NCBI GenBank assembly: GCA_963747375.1
Contig: CAVVFL010000016.1
Location: 75,136 to 139,135 of the forward strand
DNA length: 64,000 bases
Direction of reading: 5' to 3'
DNA from: Ilumatobacteraceae bacterium
GTDB taxonomy: Bacteria > Actinomycetota > Acidimicrobiia > Acidimicrobiales > Ilumatobacteraceae
Part shown: piece by piece, positions 42,580 to 53,424 of the stretch
Layout: every line of letters begins with the position of its first letter
Numbering within the stretch: the first letter of the stretch is position 1
Position numbers and translations under genes: made by a program
Notes under the pieces: model-generated
Database searches by the model: none
Seen by the model: the letters and a program-made list of their open reading frames with translations, nothing else
Told to the model about the DNA's origin: nothing

Positions 42580-43572
42580 ATGAGCGACACCTTCACGGCA
42601 CTCGTCCTTCGCGAGACCGACGACGGACCCGTCGGTGCACTCGAACAACTCACCGACGGTGACCTTCCCGACGGCGACGTCACGATCGACGTCGACTATT
42701 CGTCGCTCAACTACAAGGACGGCATGGCGCTGGCCGGCAAGGGCCGCATCGTGCGCAGCTTCCCGATGGTGCCGGGGATCGACCTCACGGGAACGGTCGT
42801 GGCGAGCGACTCGCCGGACTTCGCCGTCGGTGACGCAGTCATCTCGACGGGCTGGGGTGTCGGCGAGCGGTTCTGGGGCGGTTACACGCAGCGTCAGCGC
42901 GTGCGATCGGAGTGGCTCGTGAAGCGTCCCGAGGCCATGAGCGCCCTGACGGCGATGTCGATCGGCACGGCCGGCCTGACGGCGATGCTCTGCGTGATGG
43001 CCATCGAAGACGCCGACGTGCTGCCCACCGACGGCCCCGCGATCGTCACGGGCGCGGCCGGTGGCGTGGGGTCGGTCGCCGTGGCGTTGCTCGCCGGGCT
43101 CGGCTTCGAGGTCACCGCCGTGACCGGTCGCCCGCAAACCCAGGACTACCTCAGCGGGCTCGGAGCGACGGCGTTCCTGACGCGCGACGAGATGACCGAG
43201 GCGGCGCGCCCACTCGAATCCGAGCAGTGGGCCGCCGCTGTCGACACCGTCGGCTCGATGATGCTCGCCAAGGTGCTGGCCCAGATGAAGTACGGCGGCG
43301 TCGTCGCTGCGTGTGGACTCGCGGGCGGCACCGACCTGCCGACGACCGTGATGCCGTTCATCCTGCGAAACGTCAGGCTCCAGGGGATCGACTCCGTGAC
43401 GACACCCACACCCGTGCGCGATCAGGCCTGGGCGCGACTCGGGCACGATCTGCCGGCGACGATGATCGACTCGATGACCGAGATCGTCCCGCTCAGCCAG
43501 TTGCTCGAACGCGGCCCGTCCATCCTCGACGGCCAGGTTCGCGGTCGCTGGGTCGTCGACCCGAGCGCCTGA
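42580..43572 (+). CDS. MDR-superfamily NADPH:quinone/acrylyl-CoA reductase (YhdH/AcuI-like)
   Basis: ATG at 42580, intact 330 aa. Contains VDYSSLNYKDGMALAG...PMVPGIDLTGTV...VTGAAGGVGSVAV...GGVVAACGLAGG. Confidence 0.8.
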   Translation: MSDTFTALVLRETDDGPVGALEQLTDGDLPDGDVTIDVDYSSLNYKDGMALAGKGRIVRSFPMVPGIDLTGTVVASDSPDFAVGDAVISTGWGVGERFWGGYTQRQRVRSEWLVKRPEAMSALTAMSIGTAGLTAMLCVMAIEDADVLPTDGPAIVTGAAGGVGSVAVALLAGLGFEVTAVTGRPQTQDYLSGLGATAFLTRDEMTEAARPLESEQWAAAVDTVGSMMLAKVLAQMKYGGVVAACGLAGGTDLPTTVMPFILRNVRLQGIDSVTTPTPVRDQAWARLGHDLPATMIDSMTEIVPLSQLLERGPSILDGQVRGRWVVDPSA

Positions 43573-43576
43573 CCTC

Positions 43577-44814
43577 TCAGACGGGGGCGCGGTCCTTGTA
43601 GTCGGCCCATTCCCATTCGCTGCCGTACTCGTCGAGCAGGTCGAGGAACGGCATCGGGGGGAGCGCTTCGGGGCCGACCACGCCGGGGCGATGCCAGAGG
43701 CCCTTGGCGATCAGTTCGATGGCGACGGCGGGCATGACGGCGGTCTGCCACACGACCGCCTGGTGGCCGAACTCGCGCATCGACCAGGCGTTGTCGACGA
43801 CGTGGTAGACGTACACCTCTCGGGGCTGGCCGTCCTTGCCGAGGCCGGTGACCCAGGTGCCGGCGCACGTGCGCCCGGTCATCACGTCGCCGAGAGTCGC
43901 AGGATCGGGCAGGGTTGCGGCGACGAGATCGCGTGGCGACACCTTGACACCCTTGACGTCGACCGCAGTGGTCGAGTGGAGGTCGAGTTTGCGCAACGTC
44001 TTGAGGATGTCGATGAACTCCTCGCCGAGGCCGTACTTGAACGTCACGCGCTGCGTGTCGATCCACCGGGGCATGAGGATGACTTCCTCGTGTTCGACGT
44101 TGACGCACTGCAGCGGGCCGATGCCTTCGGGGAACGTGAACGTCTCGGGCTCGGAGAACGGCTCGGTCGTGAACCAGCCCCGCTCGCGCTCGTAGATCAC
44201 CGGTGGATTGAGGCACTCCTCGATGGTCGTCCAGATCGAGAAGGTCGGTGCGAAGTCGTAGCCGTCGACCACGAGGTCGGCGCCGTCACGCACACCGATC
44301 TCGTGGATCTCGCTGAACAGTTCGTCGGCGGCATAACGGGCGGCCACATCGGAGAAGCCGGGCTCGACGCCCATCCCGCACAGCGCCATCATGCCCGCGG
44401 CTCTTCCATGTCGGTGACTCGGCGAACTGGCCGTCGCCGAGGCGGATGCCGGTCTTCTCGTACGGCTTGGTTGCGTGGGGAACCGACAGGTTCATCGCCA
44501 TGTCGACGTAGTTGCACCCGGCGGCGAAGGCGCCCTCGAAGATCGGCGGGTTGAACCGGGGGTCGCAGGCGTTGAGCACGACGTCGGCCTGCATGGAGCG
44601 CGCCATGTCGGCGACCGAGACTTCCGACGACGCATCGATGTGGGCGGCCACGATCCGCTGCGCCGTCGTCGTTGTCGCTCGCGGTGTCGACAGCGGCCTC
44701 GGCCTTGGCGACATCGATGTCGGCAACCGTGATGTGGGTGTAGGCCTCCCGCTTCGAGGCGATCGCCACGAACGCCGAACCCACGCCACCTGCTCCGACC
44801 ACGAGTACTCGCAT
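43577..44814 (-). pseudogene. Saccharopine-dehydrogenase-family oxidoreductase, split by two frame breaks (near 44668 and 44399)
   Basis: MRVLVVGAGGVGSAFVAIASK is in the frame of ORF 44389..45528(-). QRIVAAHIDASSEVSVADMARSMQADVVLNACDPRFNPPIFEGAFAAGCNYVDMA is in ORF 44286..45581(-). MALCGMGVEPGFSDVAARY to the end is in ORF 43577..44392(-). Confidence 0.75.
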
Positions 44815-44879
44815 GGGCGGCAATGTACTGCTCCGGCGGGCCGGCGCAGGTCGTGCGCGTCGTCGGTACGCTCGCCGCG

Positions 44880-46277
44880 ATGAACGAGCAGGACCTGCGT
44901 ACGAAGTCGCTCTGGCTCGACCAACTCGCCGCCCCGCTCGTCCAACGGCCGCCTCTGTCGGGTGACGTCGAGGTCGACGTGGCGATCGTCGGAGCCGGCT
45001 ACACCGGGCTGTGGACTGCCTACTCGTTGCTCGGATCCGACCCGTCGCTGCGGGTGCTCGTCGTCGAACGCGAGATGGTCGGATTCGGAGCCTCCGGACG
45101 CAACGGTGGATGGTGTGTCGGTGAACTCGCCGGGGGTCTCGACGGGGCGATCGCCGCCGGCGGACGCGATGCGGGCATTCGAATGACCAGGGCGATCGTC
45201 GACACCGTCGACGAGGTCGGTCGCGTCGTCGAGGCGGAGGGCATCGACTGTGGCTTTGCACAGGGCGGTGTGATCCGACTCGCGCGAACTGTTCCGCAGG
45301 TGCAGCGACAGCGATCCGAGGTCGACGAGTACCACCATCACGGATTCGGTGACGACGTGTTGCGCGTGCTCGACGCCGACACGGCGACCCGGCATCTTCG
45401 TGCCACCGATGTCTGCGGCGGTGTGCTGTACGGGCCGGCCGCTCGGGTCCAGCCTGCTCGACTCGTGCGAGGGCTCGCCGAGGCGGCCGAACGGCGTGGC
45501 GCGACCATCGTCGAGGGCACTGCGGCAACGGCGATCGTCGGTCGAGTGGCCGGGTCCCCGGCGCGGATCGTCACCGACCACGGAACGGTCAGCGCCGATG
45601 TCGTGGTTCGCGCGAGCGAGGCCTACACACGCGACCTCGACGGGATGCGTCGCGACCTCGTCCCGTTGTACTCACTGATGATCGCCACCGAACCGCTCCC
45701 GGACGACACCTGGGAGGCCATCGGGCTGAGCGACATGGAGACCTTCGCCGACGATCGACATGTGGTGATCTACGGACAACGCACCGCCGACGGCCGGCTC
45801 GCCTTCGGCGGTCGGGGTGCTCCGTACCGGTTCGGGTCGGGCATCGTTGCGGCGACCGAGTCGTCGTCGAGGATCCACGATCGGATCATCGCCACGCTTC
45901 GCGAACTCATCCCGGCCGTTGGCGACGCCCGGGTCACGCACCGGTGGGGCGGCGTGCTCGGCGTGCCACGAGACTGGCGTCCGTCGGTCGGTCTCGACCG
46001 CTCGGCCGGGCTCGCCTGGGCGGGCGGGTACGTCGGTGAGGGTGTGGCAGCATCGAATCTGGCCGGTCGCACGTTGGCCGATCTCATCACCGGCGCGGAC
46101 TCCGACCTCGTGTCGTTGCCGTGGGTCGGTCACCGATCGCCCCGGTGGGAACCCGAGCCGTTGCGCTGGGTGGGCATCAACGCGGGCCTGCAGACGGCCG
46201 GATGGATCGATCGGTACGAGGCGAAGCATCAGCGAGCCCCGCGTGCCGCTTCCGTCCTGCAGCGCATCATGCGATGA
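44880..46277 (+). CDS. FAD-dependent oxidoreductase (DAO family; gamma-glutamylputrescine-oxidase-like)
   Basis: ATG at 44880, intact 465 aa. Contains VDVAIVGAGYTGLWTAY...GASGRNGGW. Confidence 0.75.
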   Translation: MNEQDLRTKSLWLDQLAAPLVQRPPLSGDVEVDVAIVGAGYTGLWTAYSLLGSDPSLRVLVVEREMVGFGASGRNGGWCVGELAGGLDGAIAAGGRDAGIRMTRAIVDTVDEVGRVVEAEGIDCGFAQGGVIRLARTVPQVQRQRSEVDEYHHHGFGDDVLRVLDADTATRHLRATDVCGGVLYGPAARVQPARLVRGLAEAAERRGATIVEGTAATAIVGRVAGSPARIVTDHGTVSADVVVRASEAYTRDLDGMRRDLVPLYSLMIATEPLPDDTWEAIGLSDMETFADDRHVVIYGQRTADGRLAFGGRGAPYRFGSGIVAATESSSRIHDRIIATLRELIPAVGDARVTHRWGGVLGVPRDWRPSVGLDRSAGLAWAGGYVGEGVAASNLAGRTLADLITGADSDLVSLPWVGHRSPRWEPEPLRWVGINAGLQTAGWIDRYEAKHQRAPRAASVLQRIMR

Positions 46278-46284
46278 TGGCGAG

Positions 46285-47521
46285 ATGAGTACCGACAACC
46301 TGTCGCACGTCTGGTTCAAGGTCACCGATCTCGAGGTCGCCTCGGGGGAGGGGTCGTGGGTCACCACGACGGCGGGCGATCGCTATCTCGACTTCAGCGG
46401 CGGCATCGCCGTCACCTCGACCGGTCACAGCCACCCACACGTGACGAAGGCGATCGCCGAGCAGGCACAACGCTTCGTGCACGCGCAGGCCAACGTCTAC
46501 ACGCACGATCTGCTGCAGCCGCTGGCCGCCAAACTCGCCGAGCTGTCGCCCGAGGGAATCGACACGTTCTTCTACGCCAACTCGGGCGCCGAGATCACCG
46601 AAGCGGCCGTCAAGCTCGCCAAGCAGGCGACGGGCCGGCCGAACATCATCGTGTTCCAGGGCAGCTTCCACGGCCGCACCCATCAGGCGATGGCGATGAC
46701 GACGTCGAAGACCGTCTACCGCGCCGGTCACGCACCGCTGCCGTCGGGCATCTTCATCGCTCCGTATCCGAACGTGCGTGCCGACGACGTCCAGGCCGAG
46801 GTGGCCCGAGCACTCGCCGGCTTCGACGAACTGCTCACGAGCGTCACCGCTCCGAGCGAGACTGCCGCCGTGATCATCGAACCGGTGCTCGGCGAGGGCG
46901 GCTACGTCGCGGCGCCGGCCGGGTTTCCTCGAGGCGATCGATCGGCGGTGCAAGGAGCACGGGATGCTGTTCATCGCCGACGAGGTGCAGTCGGGGTTCG
47001 GGCGTACCGGCAAGATGTTCGCGATCGAGCACTACGACGTGCAGCCCGACATCGTGTGCATGGCCAAGGGGATCGCCTCGGGGTTCCCGTTCTCGGCGCT
47101 CGGCACCCGTCGCGAACTCGACGACAAGTGGCCGACCGGTTCACACGGCGGCACCTACGGCGGCAACCCGATGGGGTGCGCCGCGGCGCTGGCCACCATC
47201 GAGGTGTTGACCGCCGACGGGTTCATGGCCAACGTCAATCAGCGGGGCCGACAGCTCGGCGACGGTCTTCGGCGCCTTCAGGAGCATCACGCGTCGATCG
47301 TGCAGGTTCGTGCGCTCGGGTTGATGATCGCTGCGCAGTTCGACACGGCGGCGCGCACGTCGGCGATCGTCTCGCACTGCCTGCGCGAGGGAAAGCTGAT
47401 CACGATGACGGCCGGCGCCGCCGGGACCACGCTGCGATTCATGCCACCGCTGACGGTGACCGCCGAGGAGATCGACCTCGCCCTGACAGCGCTCGACAAA
47501 GCGCTCGTCGACGCATCCTGA
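46285..47521 (+). CDS. Class III (omega) aminotransferase, GabT-like; frame broken once near 46926
   Basis: SGGIAVTSTGHSHPHV...ANSGAEITEAAVKLA...FQGSFHGRT is in the frame of ORF 45817..48441. LEAIDRRCKEHGMLFIADEVQSGFGRTGKMFA...CMAKGIASGFP is in ORF 46964..47521. Confidence 0.85.
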
Positions 47522-47529
47522 ACCTCGAC

Positions 47530-47637
47530 CCACCCCACCCCCGAGTTTGCGTAGCACTTCCGTTTGCGTGCACACGGTTCCGTTGGGACGGGCCAACCAA
47601 ACCGTCACGCAAACCGGGATTTCGGGGGGCGGGGGCA
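47530..47637. repeat. Palindromic intergenic repeat, family 1, copy c
   Basis: CACCCCACCCCCGA-GTTTGCGTAgcacttcc-GTTTGCGTGcacacGGTTccGTTGGGacgggCCAACCAAACCGTCACGCAAACC-GGGATTTCGGGGGGCGGGGGC. It overlaps the last ~11 codons of the amidase ORF. Confidence 0.75.
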
Positions 47638-49078
47638 GGCGGCCGGCCACGAGTTCCGCGACGCCATGATCTCGGAGATCAGTCGGGCGAGGTGCAGTGT
47701 GGTGCGGTCGTGGAGGAACGGACCGACGATCTGGACGCCGATCGGGAGCCCGTCGGTGCTGAGTCCCACCGGGACCACGGTGGCCGGGAGCGCGCCGAGC
47801 CCGGCCGGAGCGATCCACGTCCACAGGTCGAGGTAGGGCCGCTCGATGCCGTCGACGGTGATCGTTCGCTCGAACTGCGGCATCGAGTGGTCGTGGTGGA
47901 GTGCGGGACGTGGATGGACCGGCAACAGGATGGCATCGAAGTCGCCGAAGAACTCGGCCCACCGCTCGCGGATCTGCAGTCGTCGCTCGTTGTTCGACAA
48001 CCACTCGCGATGACGGGCGGCCGACGACCGCATGATCCAGCCGGTCGACGTGTCGTCGGTGACCCTGGCCATGTCGTCGAGCCGGTCCTTCGGGACGCCG
48101 CCCGACAGTGCGGCGAACAGCAGCTCGCCGTAGACGGCCATCGCCTTCGACAGGGTGAACGCCGGGCGGGCGTCGGCATCGACCGTGCCTCCCGCAGTTC
48201 TGATCGCCTCGACGGTGTCACCGAGGACCCGGCGCGTGTCCGCGTCGACCGGGCATGCCTCGTCGTCGATCCAGGCGGCGATGCGGAACTCGCCGAGTTC
48301 CTCGGCGCGGCGTCGGAGGAAGGTCGAGTCTCCATGCGGGCGACATCCAGCGGTCGGGTCCGGCGAGAACGTCGAGTGCGAGCTCCAGATCGTCGGCGGA
48401 ACGCGCCAGCGGGCCCACGACGGCGAGGTCGGCTTGGGTGAGGGTGCCGGGCATGCCGGGGATCTGGCCGTGGCCGGGGACGATGCCGTAGCTCGGCTTG
48501 TGGCCCATCACGCCGCTGTAGTGGGCGGGCACACGGATCGAGCCGCCGATGTCGCTGCCCAACTCCAATGGTGTGAACCCCATCGCCACGGCTGCGCTCG
48601 ACCCGCCCGACGACCCACCCGGCGTGCGGTCGAGGTCGTGGGGGTTGTTCGTCGTGCCGTACACCTCGTTGAAGCTCTGGATGTCGTCGGCGAACAGGGG
48701 CAGGTTCGTCTTCGCGAACGGAATCGCACCGGCACCGCGCAGGCGGGCCACCGGCCACGCGTCCTCCGTCGGCACGTAGTCGGCCAGGTCGGGTGAGCCC
48801 GACGTGGTGACGCATCCCTCGGTCTGGAACGAGTCCTTGATCGTCATCGGTACACCGTGCAGGGGGCCCAGGTCGTCGCCGGCTGCGACGGCGGCATCGG
48901 CGGCCAAGGCGGCGCTGCCGGCCCGTTCGAGGTCCCACTGCACCACCGAGTTGATCGGACCGTCGAGTTCACGGATGCGTTCCACGAAGTGGTCGAGCAC
49001 CTCGACGCTCGACACATCGCGCCGGCGGATCGCAGCTGCGAGTTCGGTCGCCGACATCCAGTGCAGTTCGTCGTTCAC
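47605..49078 (-). CDS. Amidase-signature family amidase; frame broken once near 48315
   Basis: The N-terminus, with GGSSGGSSAAVA and GSDIGGSIRVPA, is in ORF 48218..49078(-). The C-terminus (EELGEFRIAAWIDDE...AMAVYGELL...GLPIGVQIVGP) is in the frame of ORF 47605..48141(-). The tail is encoded by repeat family 1c, so the 3' end is doubtful. Confidence 0.8.
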
Positions 49079-49093
49079 GCGGTGTCGCTTCGC

Positions 49094-49622
49094 TCATCGG
49101 TTCGTCTCGGTCGGGTCGGCCGTGGAGTGCGAGCGCGGCGTTGGTGTACCGGCCGTCGTCGGTGACTTCGCGTCCGAACCACGGGGGTGGCTCGAACGCA
49201 ACGAGCGCCTCGGAAGAGTCGAACTCCACCTCGGCGAAGACCAGTCCCTCGAGGCCGTCGCCGAACACGTCGAGCTCGATGACGTGGTCGTCGAGCGGGA
49301 TGCGGTAGCGGACCTTGACCACCCGTCGCCCCTCGGTGTGGGGCCACGCGGCGTCGAACTGCTCCCGGTCGATCGCCCATTCGAGTTCGGTCCGCTCGGC
49401 GCCGCGCCACCGGCCTTGACCGTCAAGCGTGCACCCCTTCGGTCCGGCATCGCGCACTCGAACCGATGCGTGTTCGCCGGTGACGAGGTACCCCTGGCGC
49501 ATCTCGGTGCGGTCGGAGAGATCGATGCCGGTCGGGATGGCATCGATGACGAACTTGCGTTCTCGTTCGATGGTCGACGTGGGCCGCGCCGAGGTGTCGT
49601 CGTGCGGAGGACATGAGCGCAT
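49094..49622 (-). CDS. CYTH (triphosphate tunnel metalloenzyme) domain; in frame with the upstream CHAD region, with local frame irregularities near 49415-49440 and near the 3' end
   Basis: Contains IERERKFVIDAIP...GYLVTGEHASVRVRD...AERTELEWAI...VVKVRYRIPLDDHVIELDVFGDGLEGLVFAEVEF...PPWFGREVTDDGRYTNAALA. The expected strand TLTVKAGG is readable only in the neighbouring frame (ORF 49094..49942). Confidence 0.65.
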
Positions 49623-49639
49623 GCAATGCCTCCCGTCGG

Positions 49640-50529
49640 GAGTTCGGGTCCGACGATCGCCGGCGAGCTGCCAGTAGGCCGTGATCCTGGAGCTGAATCT
49701 CGACGGACGCTCGGCGTAGATGACCATTCCCGTCCGGAACGCCGGAATGCGCAGCAGGCGTTGCTGCTCGCGCGCCACGCGGCGCGCGCTGGTCGACGGT
49801 GTCGGCCGTGCCGAAACGATCGGGATCGGTGTCGAGCGATGCAACGAGGACGGCGAGGTCGTGGTCGTCGCCGAGTGCTTCGGCGAGCCCGTCGAGCTCG
49901 TCGATCAGCGGCTCCGATCATGCTCGGCGAGGCCTCGCGCAAGCAGGCGCATCTGGTACCAGAGGTGCTTCACCGACTTGCGCCACTCGTGCATGTGTCT
50001 CGTCGGTGGCGTCGTCGTGTGCTGCGCTCAACGCACGACGTCCGCGGCGGTAGGTGGCGTCGAGGCCCTCGGCGATCGGATCGAATCCACCGCGGATCTT
50101 CCAGTCGAGCGAGTTCTCCCGGGCCTCGATGAGCAGCTTGCGGGCGATGACGATCCGTTCGTCGCCGGCTTCGATCGCATCGGTCGCTTCTGCGGCGAGG
50201 GCGGCCTGGTGGTCGCGGACCGACCGGAGACGATCGTCGAGGTCGTGTGCGCCGCAGGAGGTTGTCGAGCGTGGCGAGGAGCGCATGCGCGTCGCGCATC
50301 GCCGAGAGTTGGTTGGCCGCGTCGCGAACGGTTCGGTCGAAGGGTCGGTATCGTCGCCGAGCGCCGGTTGGGCAAGTCGGGCGAGCCCACGTGTCTCCTT
50401 GCAGCGCTTGCGGATGTCGTGCACGGCAGTCTCGACGTCGGCCGAGCCGGCGAGCACTGCGTCGAGCTGTTCGATCGCGTCATCGAGGCGCTCGGCCGCG
50501 ACGCGGCGAACCTCGCGCCGCACGGTCAC
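49640..50529 (-). pseudogene. CHAD domain region, split by about six frame breaks (near 50345, 50255, 49990, 49945, 49915, 49775)
   Basis: Fragments in order: VHDIRKRCKETRGLARLAQPALG / FDRTVRDAANQLSAMRDAHALLATLDNLL / AHDLDDRLRSVRDHQAALAAEA...LDATYRRGRRALS / HEWRKSVKHLWYQMRLL / LIDELDGLAEALGDDHDLAVLVASL / RRVAREQQRLLRIPAFRTGMVIYAERPSRFSSRITAYW. Confidence 0.6.
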
Positions 50530-50655
50530 CCCGGGATCGAAGCAGGTATGCCATCACACCCAGTCAAACCGTCAGACGGTGCCGGGTCAAACGTGACGTT
50601 TCGACGTGACGATCGGCCCTGACGCCGACGCCGGCGTCACCCGTACCGTGGAGAC

Positions 50656-51075
50656 GTGGAGTCGAACGTCGTTGCCTGTCCATCATGTGGGGCGAAGAAC
50701 CGCGTGCCGTCGTCGGCAGCGGGGTCGCCACGATGTGCGAAGTGCCACGTGGATCTGCCATGGCTCGTGGCGGCCGGTGACTCGGACTTCGCCGAAGCGG
50801 TCGACACGAAGCGCCTGGTGCTGGTCGACCTGTGGGCACCGTGGTGCGGACCGTGCCGGATGGTTGCCCCCGTCCTGGAGAAGCTGTCGCGTGAGTTCGC
50901 CGATTCGCTCAAGGTCGTCAAGGTCAACGTCGACGAGTCGCCGCGAACAGCCCAGCGATACGAGGCCAGGAGTATCCCGATGCTGCTGTTCATGCGTGAC
51001 GGCGACCTCGTCGAGACCGTCGTCGGTGCGCAGCCCGACCACGTGCTCCGTCAACGGATCGAGGCGCTCCGGTGA
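50656..51075 (+). CDS. trxC: Thioredoxin 2 type (N-terminal zinc-finger CxxC-x-CxxC plus WCGPC)
   Basis: Intact 139 aa. Contains ACPSCGAKNRV...PRCAKCH and DLWAPWCGPCRMVAP. Confidence 0.9.
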   Translation: MESNVVACPSCGAKNRVPSSAAGSPRCAKCHVDLPWLVAAGDSDFAEAVDTKRLVLVDLWAPWCGPCRMVAPVLEKLSREFADSLKVVKVNVDESPRTAQRYEARSIPMLLFMRDGDLVETVVGAQPDHVLRQRIEALR

Positions 51076-52329
51076 ACGCGGAGACGCCGGTTCGGTTCGG
51101 GTACATGGTGGTGGCATCGCTGCTCCATGACGCCGACGCTGTTGCCGAATTGACCGCGCCGGCACGCGCCGTGCTCGATTCGATCGGCGGCCACGACGTG
51201 CATCACGCCGACGTGTCGTCGTCGCTGCCGCTGGTGTTCCTCGTCGCAACCGGTGGCACCGAACGGATCGTGCTCGACGAGTTGGCCACTCGGCGAGTGT
51301 CGCTCGGCGACGAACCGGCGATCCTGGTCGCCCATCGGGCGCACAACTCGCTGCCCGCGGCGCTGGAGACGCTTGCCGCCGTGCAGCAGGGCGGACGTCG
51401 GGGACGCATCGTGTGCCTGTCGGGCGACGTCGACGTCGACAGACGGGATCTCGACGAGGCCGTCGGCGACGTCGAGACGATCCGCCGTTTTCACGCAGCA
51501 CGTCTCGGCATCGTCGGGGGGCCGTCGACGTGGCTCGTTGCGAGCAGTCCGGATGCCGATGTCGTCCGCCGCCGATGGGGACCGCAGCTCGTCACGGTCG
51601 ATCCGACCCGGATGATCGAGTTGACTCGAACGCCGGTGGTTCCGACCGGTGCGCTCGCCGAACGGTTCACCCGGGTGGCCGATCCGGTCCGTTCGACCGT
51701 CGGATCCGGCGACGTCGATGCGGCGATGAGCGTGCGGACGGCGCTCGGTGACGTGCTCGAGGATCACGAACTCGACGCGGTCACGGTGCGCTGTTTCGAC
51801 CTGCTCGGCGATCCGGGCACCTCGGGATGTCTGGCGCTGGCCAGCCTCAACGACGAGGGCATCGTCGCCGGATGCGAGGGCGATGTGCCGTCGGCACTGG
51901 CGATGCTGCTCGTGCGGTACCTGCTCGATCGAGCCGGCGTGGATGGCGAATCCGGCGACGGTCGACGTCGACGCCAATCACCTCGTACTGGCCCACTGCA
52001 CGGTTGCGCCGTCGATGCTCGACGGGTTCTCCCTCGACACCCACTTCGAGTCGGGCATGGGTGTGGGGATCCACGGACACTTCGCGAATCAGCCGGTCAC
52101 GCTCCTGCGTCTCGGCGGCGCCGACCTCGACGAGTGCTGGATCGTCGAGGGTGACATCGTGGCCACCGGCGACGACGCCGACCTCTGCCGCACCCAGGCG
52201 ACGGTTGCGCTCTCGTCGGGCAATGTCGGCGATCTGCTCGAACACCCGCTCGGCAACCACATCGTCCTCGTTGCCGGGCACCACGAGCACCGCCTGCGAC
52301 GCTGGTGGAAGATGGCCGTTGCGGACTGA
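51072..52329 (+). CDS. L-fucose/L-arabinose-isomerase-like family protein; frame broken once near 51937
   Basis: The GTG start overlaps the trxC stop (GTGA at 51072-51075). RCFDLLGDPGTSGCLALASLNDEGIVAGCEGDVPSALAML is in ORF 51072..52154. WMANPATVDVDANHLVLAHCTVAP...THFESGMGV is in ORF 51748..52329. Confidence 0.55.
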
Positions 52330-52367
52330 GCCGTTCATCTGGGTCTGACTCGACACGGGCGTGACGG

Positions 52368-53279
52368 TCAGGATCGGAATGCGGTGAGCACGTCGCCGAG
52401 CCACTCGATCGAGGCTCGGGTGATCGGGTCGACCACCAGTTGAACGTGGGCGGCGCCGGCGGCTTCGAACTCGCGCAACTGGTCGGCGAGCGCAGATGCT
52501 GAGCCTGTGAGCGGGCGCACGGTGTTGAAGTCGTCGTAGTCACCCATCAGGCGCCCAACGCCGCCGTCGAGTTGGACGAGCACCGCTGCGGTCGCCTCGA
52601 CCTCGCCGGTTCGTCCGTGCGTCTCGATCAACGCGTCGACGCGCTCCTTCTCGCTCCGGAATCCCTCGACGGTGTTGCCGTACTGGCTCCACCACATGTT
52701 CCACGAGTCGACGTGCGCGAGTGTGATGTCGAGCATTCGATCCCCGATCGATCCGACCATCAGCGGCGGCCCGGATTGACTCGACCGCGGGTGCAGGACG
52801 CAGTGGTCAGCGTCGTAGTACTCGCCGTGGAAGTCGATCGAGCCGTCGCGCAGCAGCGTGCGGATGATCGTGAACGCCTCCGCGAACCGACTGACACGGT
52901 GGTCGTAGGCGAAGCCGAACGCGTCGTACTCGCGGCGATTCCATCCGGCACCGAGCCCGAGGATGAGGCGACCCTCGGCGATTGCGTCGACCGTCGTCGC
53001 CTGCTTGGCCAGCATGGCGGGAGCATGAAAGCTGGTCGACGCCACCAGCGGACCGATCTGGATCGTCGAGGTCGAGGCAGCGATCGCGGCGAGCGACGTC
53101 CAGACCTCCCACGGGCCACGATCGTCGACCTCCAGTTCGTACAGCAGATGATCACCGAGCCACACCGAATCGAACCCGACGGCCTCGGCCGTTCGAGCCA
53201 TCACGATCAGCTCGGGGAACGGCACCTCCCACTCGACCTCGGGGAGTTGGACGCCGATCTTCATGCGGGAAGTGCTCAC
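52368..53279 (-). CDS. Luciferase-like monooxygenase (LLM) class oxidoreductase, possibly F420-dependent
   Basis: Intact 303 aa. Contains MKIGVQLP...GFDSVWLGDHL...IGPLVAS...LILGLGAGW. Confidence 0.75.
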   Translation of the reverse strand: MSTSRMKIGVQLPEVEWEVPFPELIVMARTAEAVGFDSVWLGDHLLYELEVDDRGPWEVWTSLAAIAASTSTIQIGPLVASTSFHAPAMLAKQATTVDAIAEGRLILGLGAGWNRREYDAFGFAYDHRVSRFAEAFTIIRTLLRDGSIDFHGEYYDADHCVLHPRSSQSGPPLMVGSIGDRMLDITLAHVDSWNMWWSQYGNTVEGFRSEKERVDALIETHGRTGEVEATAAVLVQLDGGVGRLMGDYDDFNTVRPLTGSASALADQLREFEAAGAAHVQLVVDPITRASIEWLGDVLTAFRS

Positions 53280-53424
53280 AAGCGGAGGGTAGTCACCCGT
53301 TCCGGGTGAACTCTCGAAATCGCGCTCAAGTTGTCGGGTCGAGGTGCCGATACCGGGTTACCTTTCATCCACGGCCCTCTGTCGGTCCGTGGATCTTCAG
53401 CAGCACAACGTTCGAGGAGTGGTC

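Noticed and set aside
50589-50640. Short palindromes upstream of trxC as operator sites: AAACGTGACGTTT at 50589-50601 and GACGCCGGCGTC near 50627-50638.
   Set aside because: They are 12-13 bp only and easily arise by chance in GC-rich DNA. No cognate regulator is adjacent.
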